Assembly (NCBI GenBank): GCA_963727485.1
Contig: CAVSGM010000001.1
Span: forward strand, 800,001 to 864,000
DNA from: an uncultured delta proteobacterium
GTDB taxonomy: Bacteria; Myxococcota; Myxococcia; SLRQ01
DNA length: 64,000 bases
Direction: 5' to 3'
The notes under the pieces were generated by a model, which was not told where the DNA came from, made no database searches, and was given only the letters and a program-made list of their open reading frames with translations. Numbering within the stretch: the stretch's first letter is position 1; the number at the start of each line of letters is the position of its first letter. Position numbers and translations under genes: made by a program. Shown here in pieces: positions 40,147-50,452 of the stretch.

Positions 40147-42258
40147 ATGAAGCGTCTCGTCTTGGTCAGCCTCGCAGCCGGCCTCCTCGCCGCCTGTGGC
40201 GGCAGCGGCCAGATCATCGGCAGCGCCGACGGTGGGCCCCACGCAGACGGTGGGGCCGTCGACGCCGGCGACGCCGGGCAGCCCGACGGCGGCGCCGACG
40301 GAGGGGCCGACGGAGGGGTCACGGGCACCCTCACCGGCCTCGACCCGGCCACCGGTCCCCTCGCCGGAGGCACGGCGGTGGAGGTCCGGGGCACCGGCTT
40401 CGTCGCCGGCCTCGGGGTGACCCTCGGGGGCGACGCCTGCACCGGCCTGGTGGTGATCTCGGACACCCGGGCCTCGTGCAACACCCCGGCCCACGCCACC
40501 GCCGAGGCCGTGGACGTGACCGCCACCTGGCCCGGGGGCGCCACCGCGACCCTCACCGGCGCCTTCACCTACCAGTCGGCGCCCCCGGCCACCGTGGACT
40601 ACGCCCAGCTCTTCGACCCGGCCACCGACCCCACCGTGACCAGCGGGAGCACCGTCACCGTCTCCGCCCAGGTCTACGTCGCCGCGGTCACCCCCGGGGC
40701 GGGGCAGGGCGCCGGGGTCACCGCCCAGGTGGGCTTCGGACCCGCCACCGCCGACCCGTCGGCCGACGCCTCGGCGTTCACCTTCACCGCGCTGGCCTAC
40801 ACCGGCGACGCCGACGGGCTGACCCCCGGCGACCAGGCCAACGACGTCTACGGGGGCGACGTGGCCGTGCCGGCCCAGGCCGGGAGCTACCGCCTGGCGG
40901 TGCGGTTCAGCCTCGACGGCACCACCTGGACCTACGCCGACCGGACCGGCACCGCCGACGGCTTCGCCGCAAGCGACCTGCCCACCGTCACCGTCCAGGC
41001 GCCGGCCCAGCCGGGCATCGGCTACGCGAAGCTCCTCCAGCCGGCGGCCGACGCGACCGTCGCCGGGGGCAACCTGATCCCCGTCTCCGCCGAGGTCTAC
41101 GTGGCCGGGGTCACGCCCGGTACGGGCCAGGGGGGCGGGGTCCACGCCCAGGTGGGCTTCGGCCCTGCCACCGCGGACCCGAAGGCCAACCCCTCGGCGT
41201 TCAACTTCACCGACCTCCAGTACACCGGCGACTCCGACGGGCTGAACCCCGGCGACCAGGCCAACGACGTGTACGGGGGGAGCGTCGCCGCGCCCGCCGC
41301 CGACGGGAGCTATCGCGTGGTGGTGCGCTTCACCCTCGACGCCGCCACCTACACCTACGCCGACCTCACCGGGACCGCCGACGGCTTCGCCGCCACCGAC
41401 CTGCCCACGATCACGGTGTCCAACACCACGACCGTCGCCATCGACTACTGCGAGCTCCACTACCCGGCGACCCTCCTCGGGGCTCCGGGGCAGCGCACCG
41501 ACCTGGTCTACGGCTGGGTCTACACCGCCGGGGTCACCGACCAGTCGGGCCAGGCCGCGGGGATCGAAGCCCAGGTCGGCGTGGGGGCCCCGGGCACCGA
41601 TCCCGCCACCGACGCCTCGTGGACCTTCGCCAACGCCCAGTACAACACCGACACCAACAACGGCGCCAACGACGAGTACATGGCGGCGATCACCGCGCCC
41701 ACCGCCCCCGGAAGCTACGACTACGCCTACCGGTTCAGCGGCGACGGGGGCCAGACCTGGACCTACTGCGACCTGGCGAGCCAGAACGGCTCCACCGACG
41801 GCTACCAGCCCGCGGGGGCGGGCAAGCTCACGGTGATCACGCCGACGGTGGACTACTGCGAGCTCCACTACCCGGCGACCCTGAGCGGCACGGTGAACCA
41901 GAGCACGGGCCTCACGGTCTATGGCTGGGTCTACAAGGCGGGGGTGACCGACACTGGGAGCCAGGGGCCCTACATCGAGGCCGAGGTCGGGGTCGGAGGC
42001 CACGGGAGCGATCCCACCGCCTCGTCGTCGGGGTGGACCTGGTACAGCGCCGCCTACCACGGGAAGGCGCCGGGCAACGCCAACAACGACGAGTACATGG
42101 GCGACCTCACGGCGCCCGGCACCGCCGGCACCTACGACTACGCCTACCGGTTCCGGATCCAGGGCGGGAGCACCTGGACCTACTGCGACCTGCAAAGCCA
42201 GAACGGCTCGACGGACGGGTACCAGACCGCCGGGGCCGGGGTGCTCACGGTCCAGTGA
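40147..42258 (+). CDS. Surface lipoprotein: IPT/TIG domain + four tandem ~140-aa beta domains
   Basis: Lipobox LLAAC; DGG linker; PATGPLAGGTAVEVRGTGF..AFTY (IPT); two pairs of internal repeats. Confidence 0.8.
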   Translation: MKRLVLVSLAAGLLAACGGSGQIIGSADGGPHADGGAVDAGDAGQPDGGADGGADGGVTGTLTGLDPATGPLAGGTAVEVRGTGFVAGLGVTLGGDACTGLVVISDTRASCNTPAHATAEAVDVTATWPGGATATLTGAFTYQSAPPATVDYAQLFDPATDPTVTSGSTVTVSAQVYVAAVTPGAGQGAGVTAQVGFGPATADPSADASAFTFTALAYTGDADGLTPGDQANDVYGGDVAVPAQAGSYRLAVRFSLDGTTWTYADRTGTADGFAASDLPTVTVQAPAQPGIGYAKLLQPAADATVAGGNLIPVSAEVYVAGVTPGTGQGGGVHAQVGFGPATADPKANPSAFNFTDLQYTGDSDGLNPGDQANDVYGGSVAAPAADGSYRVVVRFTLDAATYTYADLTGTADGFAATDLPTITVSNTTTVAIDYCELHYPATLLGAPGQRTDLVYGWVYTAGVTDQSGQAAGIEAQVGVGAPGTDPATDASWTFANAQYNTDTNNGANDEYMAAITAPTAPGSYDYAYRFSGDGGQTWTYCDLASQNGSTDGYQPAGAGKLTVITPTVDYCELHYPATLSGTVNQSTGLTVYGWVYKAGVTDTGSQGPYIEAEVGVGGHGSDPTASSSGWTWYSAAYHGKAPGNANNDEYMGDLTAPGTAGTYDYAYRFRIQGGSTWTYCDLQSQNGSTDGYQTAGAGVLTVQ
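40591..42255 (+). repeat. Two pairs of internal domain duplications (periods 423 and 408 nt)
   Basis: ggcgaccaggccaacgacgt at 40828 and 41251; identical 32-mer gactactgcgagctccactacccggcgaccct at 41443 and 41851. Confidence 0.85.
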
Positions 42259-42543
42259 TGGCGGACGGGGCCTCGAAGGTGCCCCCGGCCCTCCGGGCGG
42301 CCTACGCGCGCCAGTGCCAGGACGAGGGCGTCCCCCTCGTCGAGTTCGTCGACGAGGCCCGGGGCGCGCACCCGGTGGCCGATTCTGGTGGCCCTGATCG
42401 ACGAGGTGGAGGCCGAGGTCCTGGAGAACCTGGCGCTGATGGCCCAGGCGCGCCCGGAGCTGGAGCCGGTGGCCGCCGAGCGCGTCGAGTCGGTGCGCCG
42501 GGAGCTGGCGGCGCTCAAGGCCACCCTGGAGGGCGGCGGGTGA
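42258..42543 (+). CDS. Small helical hypothetical protein (~94 aa), apparent 1-nt insertion at 42384; absent from ORF track as a separate gene
   Basis: ATG overlaps upstream TGA; removing one T from GATTC gives HPVADLVALIDEVEAEVLENL..ALKATLEGGG with a stop overlapping the next GTG. Confidence 0.55.
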
Positions 42544-43454
42544 CGCCCCGGCGCCTCACCTGCGTCGCCGGGGATCTCCACCACAGCTACCTCCTCTGGG
42601 ACCTCGGCGGGACGCGTCCCCTGGTGCTCCTCCATGGCTTCCTCGACCAGGGGTGGAGCTTCGCGCCCTTCGTCGAGGCGCTGGCGGCAGAGGGCCTCGC
42701 CGGGTACACGGTGGTCGCCCCGGACCTCCGGGGCCACGGCCACTCGGGCCACGTCGGCGCCGGGGGCGCCTACCACTTCCCCGACTACCTCCGGGACCTG
42801 GTGGGTCTCCTCGACCACCTCGAGGCCGCCCACGGCCTCGCCGGGCCCGTGGACCTGCTGGGCCACTCGATGGGCGGGAGCATCGCCGGCTACCTCGCCG
42901 GCAGCTTCCCCGAGCGGTTGGCGCGGCTGGTGCTGGTGGAGGGCCTGGGTCCGCCGTCGGAGGACGGCGACCGGGCGCCGGAGAAGCTCCGAGCCTTCGT
43001 GGAGCGCCATGCCGCGCTCACCGGACGGGCGCCCCGGGTCCTGCCCTCGGTGGCCGCCGCCGCGGACCGGCTCCAGGCGGGCAACCACCGCCTGACCCGC
43101 GAGCTGGCCCTGGCGCTCGCCCGGGAGGGGACCCGGCCGGTGGCCGGCGGTGGGGTCACCTGGCGCTTCGATCCCCGGCACCGGGTGCCCTCCGCGATCC
43201 CCTTCCACTTCTCGCGTCTCGAGGCCTTCCTCCGGCGCCTCGCCTGCCCGGTGCAGCTCGTCGACGGCGCCGAGAGTGGGAAGCTCCCGGACCACGCCGC
43301 CCGGCGGGCGGGGATCCCCGGGGCCCGCCACGCGGTCATCGCCGGCGCCGGCCACATGGTCCACCAGGACCGTCCCGAGGCGCTGGCGGCGGTGGTCGCC
43401 GGCTTCCTCGCGGACACGCCGCCCGGCACGCCCCAGGCCAAGGCGCCCGCCTAG
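42540..43454 (+). CDS. Alpha/beta hydrolase
   Basis: LLHGFLD, PDLRGHGHS, GHSMGG nucleophile elbow, AGHMVHQDRP. Confidence 0.92.
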   Translation: MTPRRLTCVAGDLHHSYLLWDLGGTRPLVLLHGFLDQGWSFAPFVEALAAEGLAGYTVVAPDLRGHGHSGHVGAGGAYHFPDYLRDLVGLLDHLEAAHGLAGPVDLLGHSMGGSIAGYLAGSFPERLARLVLVEGLGPPSEDGDRAPEKLRAFVERHAALTGRAPRVLPSVAAAADRLQAGNHRLTRELALALAREGTRPVAGGGVTWRFDPRHRVPSAIPFHFSRLEAFLRRLACPVQLVDGAESGKLPDHAARRAGIPGARHAVIAGAGHMVHQDRPEALAAVVAGFLADTPPGTPQAKAPA

Positions 43455-44080
43455 TACATGGCGCTGGTCTCGGCCTCGCGCGCGGCCATGGCCCGGCGCA
43501 GCCGCGCCAGCTCCCGACGGTGGGCCATGAAGCTCCACAGGGACCAGAGGAGGAGCACCACGAACCCGGCCACCGCGTAGGTGATTGCCGCGTGGATGGC
43601 GTCGAAGGCGTCGGGGTAGCGGTTCTCGGGGGTCACCGGGAGCTGGCCGAAGAGCCCGTCCTCGTCGGGCTTGTCGGCCCGCGTCGCCAGCGCCGCCTCC
43701 TGCAACCCCAAGGGCCGGGGGTAGGTGACGTCGCGCTCCTGGAACCGCCAGTGGATGCTCTTGAGCTGCTGCCAGGCCCAGGTCAGGTTGGGGTTGATGG
43801 CGAGGGCGGCGTAGTAGTGGCGGGCGGCGTCCTCGAGGTGGGGGAGGTCGGCGCCCTGGCCGCGGTCGGTGCCGAGGATGGCGTCGCCGGCGTGGAGGGC
43901 CTGGTCGATCCGGTAGGCGTCGGAGCTGGTGTAGGCGGAGTAGAGCCCGCCCCCCGCGGCCAGGCAGTAGACCAGGAGCAGGATGAAGGGCCCGAGGCCG
44001 CTCCGGGAGGTCACCACCCCGGCCGGGGCGCCGGAGGGATCGGTGTCCTGGTCTCCGAGGTGCGGGGGGACGACGGCCAT
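43451..44080 (-). CDS. Hypothetical membrane protein (two TM flanking a TPR-like helical domain)
   Basis: TM FILLLVYCLAAG, AARHYYAALAINP, second TM near C-terminus. Confidence 0.6.
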   Translation of the reverse strand: MAVVPPHLGDQDTDPSGAPAGVVTSRSGLGPFILLLVYCLAAGGGLYSAYTSSDAYRIDQALHAGDAILGTDRGQGADLPHLEDAARHYYAALAINPNLTWAWQQLKSIHWRFQERDVTYPRPLGLQEAALATRADKPDEDGLFGQLPVTPENRYPDAFDAIHAAITYAVAGFVVLLLWSLWSFMAHRRELARLRRAMAAREAETSAMY

Positions 44081-44093
44081 GGCGGCCAGCCTA

Positions 44094-45026
44094 CTACGAC
44101 CCGGCGGGTCGGGCGACCACCAGCCCCTCGCGCCCAGTCGAGGCGTGCCTCCCCGGCGTCGAGGGTCACCGGGAGGCCCAGCGGCAGGGGCAGGTTGCGA
44201 TCGCCGTGGCCCGCGGGGAAGCCCAGGGTCGCGGGGACGCCCCAGTCGGCGAGGCGCTCGGCGACCACCTCGGCGGCGGTGTAGTCGGCGCCGGGCTCCT
44301 CGCAGCCGGTGAGGTCGCCCACCAGGACCCCGGCGAGGCGCGGGGGGACGCCGGCGAGCTCGAGGTGGGTGAGCATCCGGTCCAACCGATAGGGACGCTC
44401 GGCGACGTCCTCGAGGAGGAGCACCGCCCCCTCGAGGTCCGGGAGGTAGGGCGTGCCCAGGAGCCGGGTGAGGACGGCGAGGTTCCCGCCGAGGAGGGGC
44501 CCCTCGGCGCGGCCGGCGCGGATGGGCGTCCCCTCGAAGAGGAACGGACCCGGGGGCTCCGGGCGCTCCACCAGCCGCCACAGCTGGTCCAGGGTCTCCG
44601 GGGGAGCTCGGCGAGCTGGCAGGCCACCGGGCCGTGGACGGTGGCGAGCCCCGCCTGGTCGAGGCGGGCGTGGAGGACGGTGACGTCGGAGAAGCCCACG
44701 AAGACCTTGGGGTGGGCCAGCGCGCCGGCGAGGTCGAGGTCCGGGAGCAGGCGCATGGCGCCGTAGCCCCCGCGGATGGCCCACACCGCGTCGGCCTCGG
44801 GATCGTCGAGGGCCGCCTGGAGCTCGGCGAGGCGGCGGGCGTCGTCGCCGGCGAGGTAGCGGGCGGTGGCGAAGGCGCCGGGGTCGTGGCGGACGGCGTA
44901 GCCCCGGGCCTCGAGGGCGGCGACCCCGGCGTCGAAGCGCGCCCGGGGGAAGGGCCCGGAGGGGGCCACCAGGCGGACGACGGAGCCGGAGCCGAGGGCC
45001 GGCGGGCGCACGGGATCGGGGGGCAT
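44094..45026 (-). CDS. LD-carboxypeptidase (peptidase S66), frameshift at G run 44600-44604 and possibly near 44133
   Basis: VAPSGP, YLAGDDARR, AIRGGYG, VGFSDVT (Ser), HGP; second frame GGNL, LLEDVAE..DRML (Glu), PAGHG (His). Stop may be 44094 or 44011. Confidence 0.87.
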
Positions 45027-45092
45027 CCGGTCAAGCGTAGGCCCCCCGCGGGCGCGGGCGCAACGGCCGCCGGCGCCGGGTCGGCGAACCCC

Positions 45093-45120
45093 TTGCCCCG
45101 ACGGGGGGCTGTGCTAGCTT
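45093..45120 (+). promoter_or_regulatory. Candidate sigma70 promoter
   Basis: TTGCCC, 16 nt (ending TGc), TAGCTT, upstream of GAGGAG RBS and ATG 45157. Confidence 0.5.
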
Positions 45121-45156
45121 CCCCGCCCACCCCCACTGCCGCACGAGGAGCCCACC

Positions 45157-45549
45157 ATGGTGAACTGTCCCATCTGCCACGAGGCCATGAACCAGCAGGA
45201 CGAGGAGGGCGTCACCGTCGACGTCTGCAACGCCCACGGCGTGTGGCTCGATCAGCAGGAGCTCCTGCTCATCACCGAGGCCAAGCGGTTCAAGGAGGGG
45301 GCCTTCGTGTTCAAGGACCTCGTCCGCCGCAAGGAGGCGCCGCCTCGGGACCCCGAGCGGCACCTCGCCTGCCCCAAGTGCGGCAAGGACATGCGCCTCG
45401 AGGAGTACCAGGACGTGCAGATGGACTGGTGCCCCGAGCATGGGGTGTTCCTCGACTCCGGCGAGCTCGAGGCCATCCTCAACAACCTGCGCCTCGATCC
45501 CATCTTCCTGCGGGGCGTGGCGCTCCGGCTCAAGGAGCTGGAGTACTAG
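45157..45549 (+). CDS. Tandem zf-TFIIB-like Zn-ribbon protein
   Basis: CPIC..VDVCNAHGVWLDQQEL and CPKC..DWCPEHGVFLDSGEL. Confidence 0.85.
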   Translation: MVNCPICHEAMNQQDEEGVTVDVCNAHGVWLDQQELLLITEAKRFKEGAFVFKDLVRRKEAPPRDPERHLACPKCGKDMRLEEYQDVQMDWCPEHGVFLDSGELEAILNNLRLDPIFLRGVALRLKELEY

Positions 45550-46405
45550 GCAGCGCCCGGCCCCGGGGCCGGCGGGCGATGAGCTGGATCTCCCGGCGCA
45601 GGTGGAGGCGCCGGGCGGTCCCGTTCCAGGCGGCGACGACGCCCCACCGCGCGGCCTCGTAGAGCCAGCGTGGTCCCCGGGCGAGGCGCCGGCGGAACAC
45701 GGCCTTGCCCGCCTTCACCGGCTCGAGGCCCGCGCGCCGGCAGGCGTCGGCGAGGTGGCGGTCGGTGAAGTAGACGTGGTGCTGCCAGCCGGCGCGGTCG
45801 GGGCGGAAGAAGCCGCCGCGCCGGGGCATGAGGAAGCGCTTCCAGTAGTCGGCGTCGGGGACCACCAGGAGGGCCACGCCGCCTGGGGACAGGACCCGGC
45901 GGAGCTCCCGGAGGCCCGCCAACGGATTGGCGAGGTGCTCCAGGGTGTGCTTGGCGGTGACCAGGTCGAAGCGGCCCTCGTCGAAGGGGAGGGCCTCGAG
46001 GGCGCCGACCTCGGCGAGGTGCCCGCGCTCCCGGCAGGCGGCCACCGCGAACTCGGCGGGGTCGACGCCGGTGGGCGCGAGGCCCAGGCGCCGGCCGGCC
46101 TCGAGGACGTAGCCCACCGAGCAGCCCACGTCGAGGACGGCCCGCGCCCCGGGGGCGTACTCGAGGGCGGCGAGGAGCTGGCGGGCGCACTTGCGCACCC
46201 GGTGGGCCCAGCGTTTGGTGTAGCGGGCGCTGCCGAGGGCGAAGTAGTCGGCGTCGTAGCCGGCACCGAGGCCCGGCTGCTGGGCGCGCTTGTAGACCAG
46301 GTCGCAGCCGGCGCAGACGCCGAAGGCGAGCTCGGGGAAGCGCACCAGCTCCCGGGCGCCGGTGGCCCCGCAGAGCGGGCAGGCCTCGAGAAAGGGTGCG
46401 GTCAC
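45530..46405 (-). CDS. Class I SAM-dependent methyltransferase with N-terminal Zn site
   Basis: CPLC..CAGC; VLDVGCSVG, LPFDEGRFDLV, HTLEHL, LSPGG. Confidence 0.88.
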   Translation of the reverse strand: MTAPFLEACPLCGATGARELVRFPELAFGVCAGCDLVYKRAQQPGLGAGYDADYFALGSARYTKRWAHRVRKCARQLLAALEYAPGARAVLDVGCSVGYVLEAGRRLGLAPTGVDPAEFAVAACRERGHLAEVGALEALPFDEGRFDLVTAKHTLEHLANPLAGLRELRRVLSPGGVALLVVPDADYWKRFLMPRRGGFFRPDRAGWQHHVYFTDRHLADACRRAGLEPVKAGKAVFRRRLARGPRWLYEAARWGVVAAWNGTARRLHLRREIQLIARRPRGRALPSTPAP

Positions 46406-48219
46406 GCGGGGGCGTAGGCCTCCGCCTCGAAGGCGGCGAGGTCGGGGTGGCGGGGCAGCCCCTGGGCGAGGCGCGGGGGCAGGGGCGCGAGGCCGGGGAC
46501 GGCGAGGAGCTCGGCCACCAGGTGCTGGAAGGCCTGCGGCGGCGCCATCCCCGGGAAGAGGGTCTCGAGGCCCATGTCCCGGCTGGTCATCCGCAGGCCG
46601 CGGACGGTGGTGGCGTCCCGGGCGAGGACCAGGTCGAGGACCACCACGTTGGCGGCGGTGCCCTCGGGGGTCTGGAAGCGCTCCACGATGCCGGCGGCGA
46701 CCGCCTGGACCCGGGCGGCGGGGAGGGGCTGGAGGCGGCCGTCGGGGCGGGTGACCTGGTAGCCAGCCTCGACCCGCCCGGCGAAGCGGCTGGGGATGAC
46801 CCGGACGGCGACGGCCGGCGCAGCGGACGGCGTGGCCGGGGCCGGGGAGGGCGGCGCGGCAGGTGCGGCGGTGAGGCCGAGCTCGGAGGCCCGGCGCCGC
46901 GCCTTCTCCCCGAGGGCTCCGGCGCCTCCGGCCGCGACCTGGTAGAGCAGCTCCAGCGTGCCCGGGGCGAGGCGGTCCTCCATCACCGTCGCCGCCCGGT
47001 AGGCGGTCGCCGGGCGGAGGGCGGCGCGGTCGAGGCGGCCCCCGAGCTCGCCGAGGGCCAGCTCCACCGTCGCCAGGTCCTGGCGGGCGAGGCAGCCGGT
47101 GAGCAGCCTGTCGAGGTGCCGGGTCGCCGCCGCGGCGTCGCCAGTGTCCAGCTCCAGGCGGGCGAGGCCGAGGAGGGCGTCGACGTTCCCCGGGTCGGCC
47201 CTCAGCGCCTCGCCGTAGGCGGCCCGGGCACCGTCCCGGTCCCCCTGGCCCAGGGCGTCGGCGGCGGCGAGGACCGAGGCGTGCTGCTCGAAGCTCTCAC
47301 CCTCGACCGCCGGGGTGATGTACTTCGCCTCGAAGTCGGTGGCCTTCACCACCACCGCGGCGGCGGCGCCGAAGGCGAAGGCGGCGAGGCTGGGGACCAG
47401 GGCCGAGGCGATGCCGAGGATGCTGCCGAGCCATAGCCAGAGGCAGGCGTTGGCCAGCCAGAACACCGCCCAGGTCCAGGCGGGGACCGAGAAGGTCCCG
47501 AACTTGCGCAGGGGGAACCACCAGAGGAAGCGCACCTTGCGGCTGGCGAAGCGCACGCTGAAGGCGCCGAAGCAGGCGGCCAGCGCTCCGGCGGGGCCGT
47601 AGACCGGGACCTGGGAGCCGTGGGCCAGGGCCACCCAGAGGCCGGAGGCGACGAGGGCCCCCCCGGCGAAGAGGCCGCCGAAGGCGAGCCGCCCCCAGGC
47701 GTCCTCGAGGAACGGCGCCACCATGTAGAGGAGCAGGAGGTCCCAGGCGATGGCCAGGTAGCCATGGGTGATGAACGGCCCGGTGATCGACCCACGCTGG
47801 ACCACGCCGTCGGCGGGCACCAGGCCCCACTGGGCCCGGGACGGCTGGGCCGCCTGGGCGGCGAGGTACTTCTGGGTGAGGGCGTCGAACTGGGCCTGGT
47901 GCCGGTGGTGCTCCGCCGGCGAGACCATGCTGATGCCGCCGCTCTTCCCCGAGGTCGCCGCGGCGCCGGCCTTGGAGGGCAGGCTGGAGAGGATGCCGCC
48001 GAGGCCGGGGATCTGCTTCAGGAGCTTCTTGGTCGGGTGCACGTCCGGATGCTTGAGGTAGTAGACGAAGAGCGCCTGGGCGCCCCCGGCGTCGGTCTCG
48101 GGCGGTGGCGACGCCTTGAGGCCCGCGAAGACCAGGAGGAGCAGGCTGGCGATGCCGATGGCCACCCAGGGCATCCGCCGGATGACCGCGTCCTCGAGAC
48201 CGATGGGGAAGAAGAACAC
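46402..48219 (-). CDS. Rhomboid-like membrane protein (catalytic residues absent) with TPR extension
   Basis: FFPIG..PWVAIG, WGLVP, APFLEDAWGR, VPVYGPAGALA; TPR-like AYGEALRADPGNVDALLGLARL. Confidence 0.75.
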   Translation of the reverse strand: MFFFPIGLEDAVIRRMPWVAIGIASLLLLVFAGLKASPPPETDAGGAQALFVYYLKHPDVHPTKKLLKQIPGLGGILSSLPSKAGAAATSGKSGGISMVSPAEHHRHQAQFDALTQKYLAAQAAQPSRAQWGLVPADGVVQRGSITGPFITHGYLAIAWDLLLLYMVAPFLEDAWGRLAFGGLFAGGALVASGLWVALAHGSQVPVYGPAGALAACFGAFSVRFASRKVRFLWWFPLRKFGTFSVPAWTWAVFWLANACLWLWLGSILGIASALVPSLAAFAFGAAAAVVVKATDFEAKYITPAVEGESFEQHASVLAAADALGQGDRDGARAAYGEALRADPGNVDALLGLARLELDTGDAAAATRHLDRLLTGCLARQDLATVELALGELGGRLDRAALRPATAYRAATVMEDRLAPGTLELLYQVAAGGAGALGEKARRRASELGLTAAPAAPPSPAPATPSAAPAVAVRVIPSRFAGRVEAGYQVTRPDGRLQPLPAARVQAVAAGIVERFQTPEGTAANVVVLDLVLARDATTVRGLRMTSRDMGLETLFPGMAPPQAFQHLVAELLAVPGLAPLPPRLAQGLPRHPDLAAFEAEAYAPA

Positions 48220-48334
48220 GCTCTAGAGCCTACACCGGGACGCCGGTCCGGGGGTGCCGGGCCCCGGACGCACCACGGCCCGCGCCGAGCGGGCTCGGGC
48301 GCGGGCCGGGGGTGCTGCAGGGGCAGCCCCGGGT

Positions 48335-50452
48335 CTACCAGACGGTGCAGGCGTTCTTCGGGGCCATCTTGGTGCCCACGGCGCAGTGGAACGCCTGGGC
48401 GAAGGCCGGCTGATCGAGAGGGCCCCGTCGACGCGGAACCGCGGCGCCGAGTGGGGGTCGAGCTTGGTGAGCAGGGCGGCGAGCTGCGGCCGCACCTTGG
48501 AGCACCAGGCCTGGCCCACGCCCAGGAAGAACTGCTGGTCGGGGGTGAAGCCGTCGGCGACCTTCTCCACCTTGTCGCCCGCGGTGAGGTCACGGTAGGC
48601 GCGGAAGGCCATCTTGACCCCACCGATGTCGGCGATGTTCTCACCGAGGGTCAGCTTGCCGTTGAGGTGCACGCCCTTGACCGGCGAGTACTGGGAGTAC
48701 TGGTTCACCACGCACTCTGTCTTGGCCTTGAACTGCTTGGCCGCCGCCGGGGTCCACCAGTTGGCGAGGTTGCCCTTGCCGTCGAACTTGGCGCCCTGGT
48801 CGTCGAAGCCGTGGGTGAACTCGTGGCCCACCACCATGCCCATGCCGCCGAGGTTCACCGGCACCGCGTGCTTCACGCTGTAGAAGGGCGGCTGGAGGAT
48901 GCCGGCGGGGAAGACCACCTCGTTGAGCTGCTGGTCGTAGTAGGCGTTGACCGTGGGAGGCGTCATGTACCACTCCTCCCGGTTCACCGGCTTGCCCACC
49001 TTGGCGAGCTCGTAGTTCAGCCGCCACTTGGCGTAGGCCATGACATCGTGGGCGAAGTCGGTGCGGCTGACCTTGTAGTCGTAGTGCTTCCACTTGGAGG
49101 GGTAGCCGATCTTGTAGCCGACCATGGACAGCTTCTTGTGGGCCGCGGCGGTGGTCGCCTTGTCCATCCACCCCAGGGTGTCGAGGTTCTGGTCGAAGGC
49201 GTGGGAGATGGCGTGGACCAGCTTCTGTGCGGCCGCCTTGGACTGGCCGGAGAACTTCTCCTGGACGTAGATCTTGCCCAGGATGTCCCCGAGGGCGTGA
49301 TCGGTGGAGGCCACGCACCGCTTCCACCGGGCGCTGGAGCTTCTTCTGGCCGGTGATGGCCTGGCGGAAGGCGAAGTTCTCGTCGATGAACTTCTGGGGC
49401 AGGGCGTTGTGGCCGGCCGCCGCCGAGATGATGTGCCACTCGAAGTAGGCGTGCCAGGTGGCGGGCTTGGTCTTCTTCATGATGGGCGCGAGGCCCTTGA
49501 AGAAGTCGGGGACGCTGACGTTGAGGTCCTCGAGGTCGGCGAGGCCCATGGTCTTGAAGTAGCGCTTCCAGGGGAAGCTCGAGTCCATGGCCACCAGGTC
49601 CTTGACCGGCACCCGGTGGTAGGTGGCCTTGGGATCCCGGCGCTCGACCCGGCCCATGGAGATCTTGGCCAGCGCGGTCTCGAGCTTCATCACCCGCGCG
49701 GTGTTCTTGGCGGCGGCCTTCTTCTTCTGGCCGGCGAGCTCGAACATCTTCTCCACGTGGGCCTGGTAGAGGTCGCGGATGTGCTTCGAGCGGGGATCGT
49801 CCTTGAGGTAGTAGTCCTTGTCGGGGAGCCCGAGGCCACCCTGATCCACGTCGGCGATGACCTGGGTGGCGTCCTTGGCGTCCTGCATCGAGTCGGTGCC
49901 GAAGAGCACCCACACCTGGTGCTGGTGGAGGTCGGTGATCGCCCGGGCCAGGGTCTTGTGGCCCCGGACCCGGCGCGCCACCTTCAGCAGGGGCTCGATG
50001 CCCTTGAGGCCCATCTTGTCGATGGCCTTGGTGTCCATGCAGGCGGCGTAGTAGTCGCCGATCTTCTTCTTGCCCGCGTCGTCACCGGGGTTCTTGGCGG
50101 CGTCCTCGAGGATTTGGTGGAGGGTCTGGATGTTCCGCTCGTGGATGACGCTGAAGCTGCGCGACCACATCGACCGGTCCGCGGGGATCTCGGTCTTCTT
50201 CAGCCAGCCACCGCAGGCGTACTGGTAGAAGTCGCTGCAGGGGTCCGCGGTCTTGTCCATGGCCGTGGGGTCGAGGCCGACGTCGGCGAGCGACACCTTC
50301 TCGATCTCGGGGCCGGCGGGCTTGGGCGCCGGCTTGGCCTTTTCGGCCTGGGCGGGCTTGGCGGCGGGCTTGGGGGCCGCGGCGGGGGTCGAGGTCTTGC
50401 ACCCGGCCACCAGGACCAGGGCAAGGGCGAGGGCAAGGGAGCGCGTCTGCAT
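48335..50452 (-). CDS. M13 metalloendopeptidase (neprilysin/PepO-like) lipoprotein; apparent frameshifts at about 49331 and 48413
   Basis: Lipobox VAGC; DPCSDFYQYACGGW, QGGLGLPD, KIGYP, VNAYY, GHEFTHGFDDQG (HExxH), GENIAD, DPHS; restored C-terminus FAQAFHC..CTVW. Confidence 0.92.
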
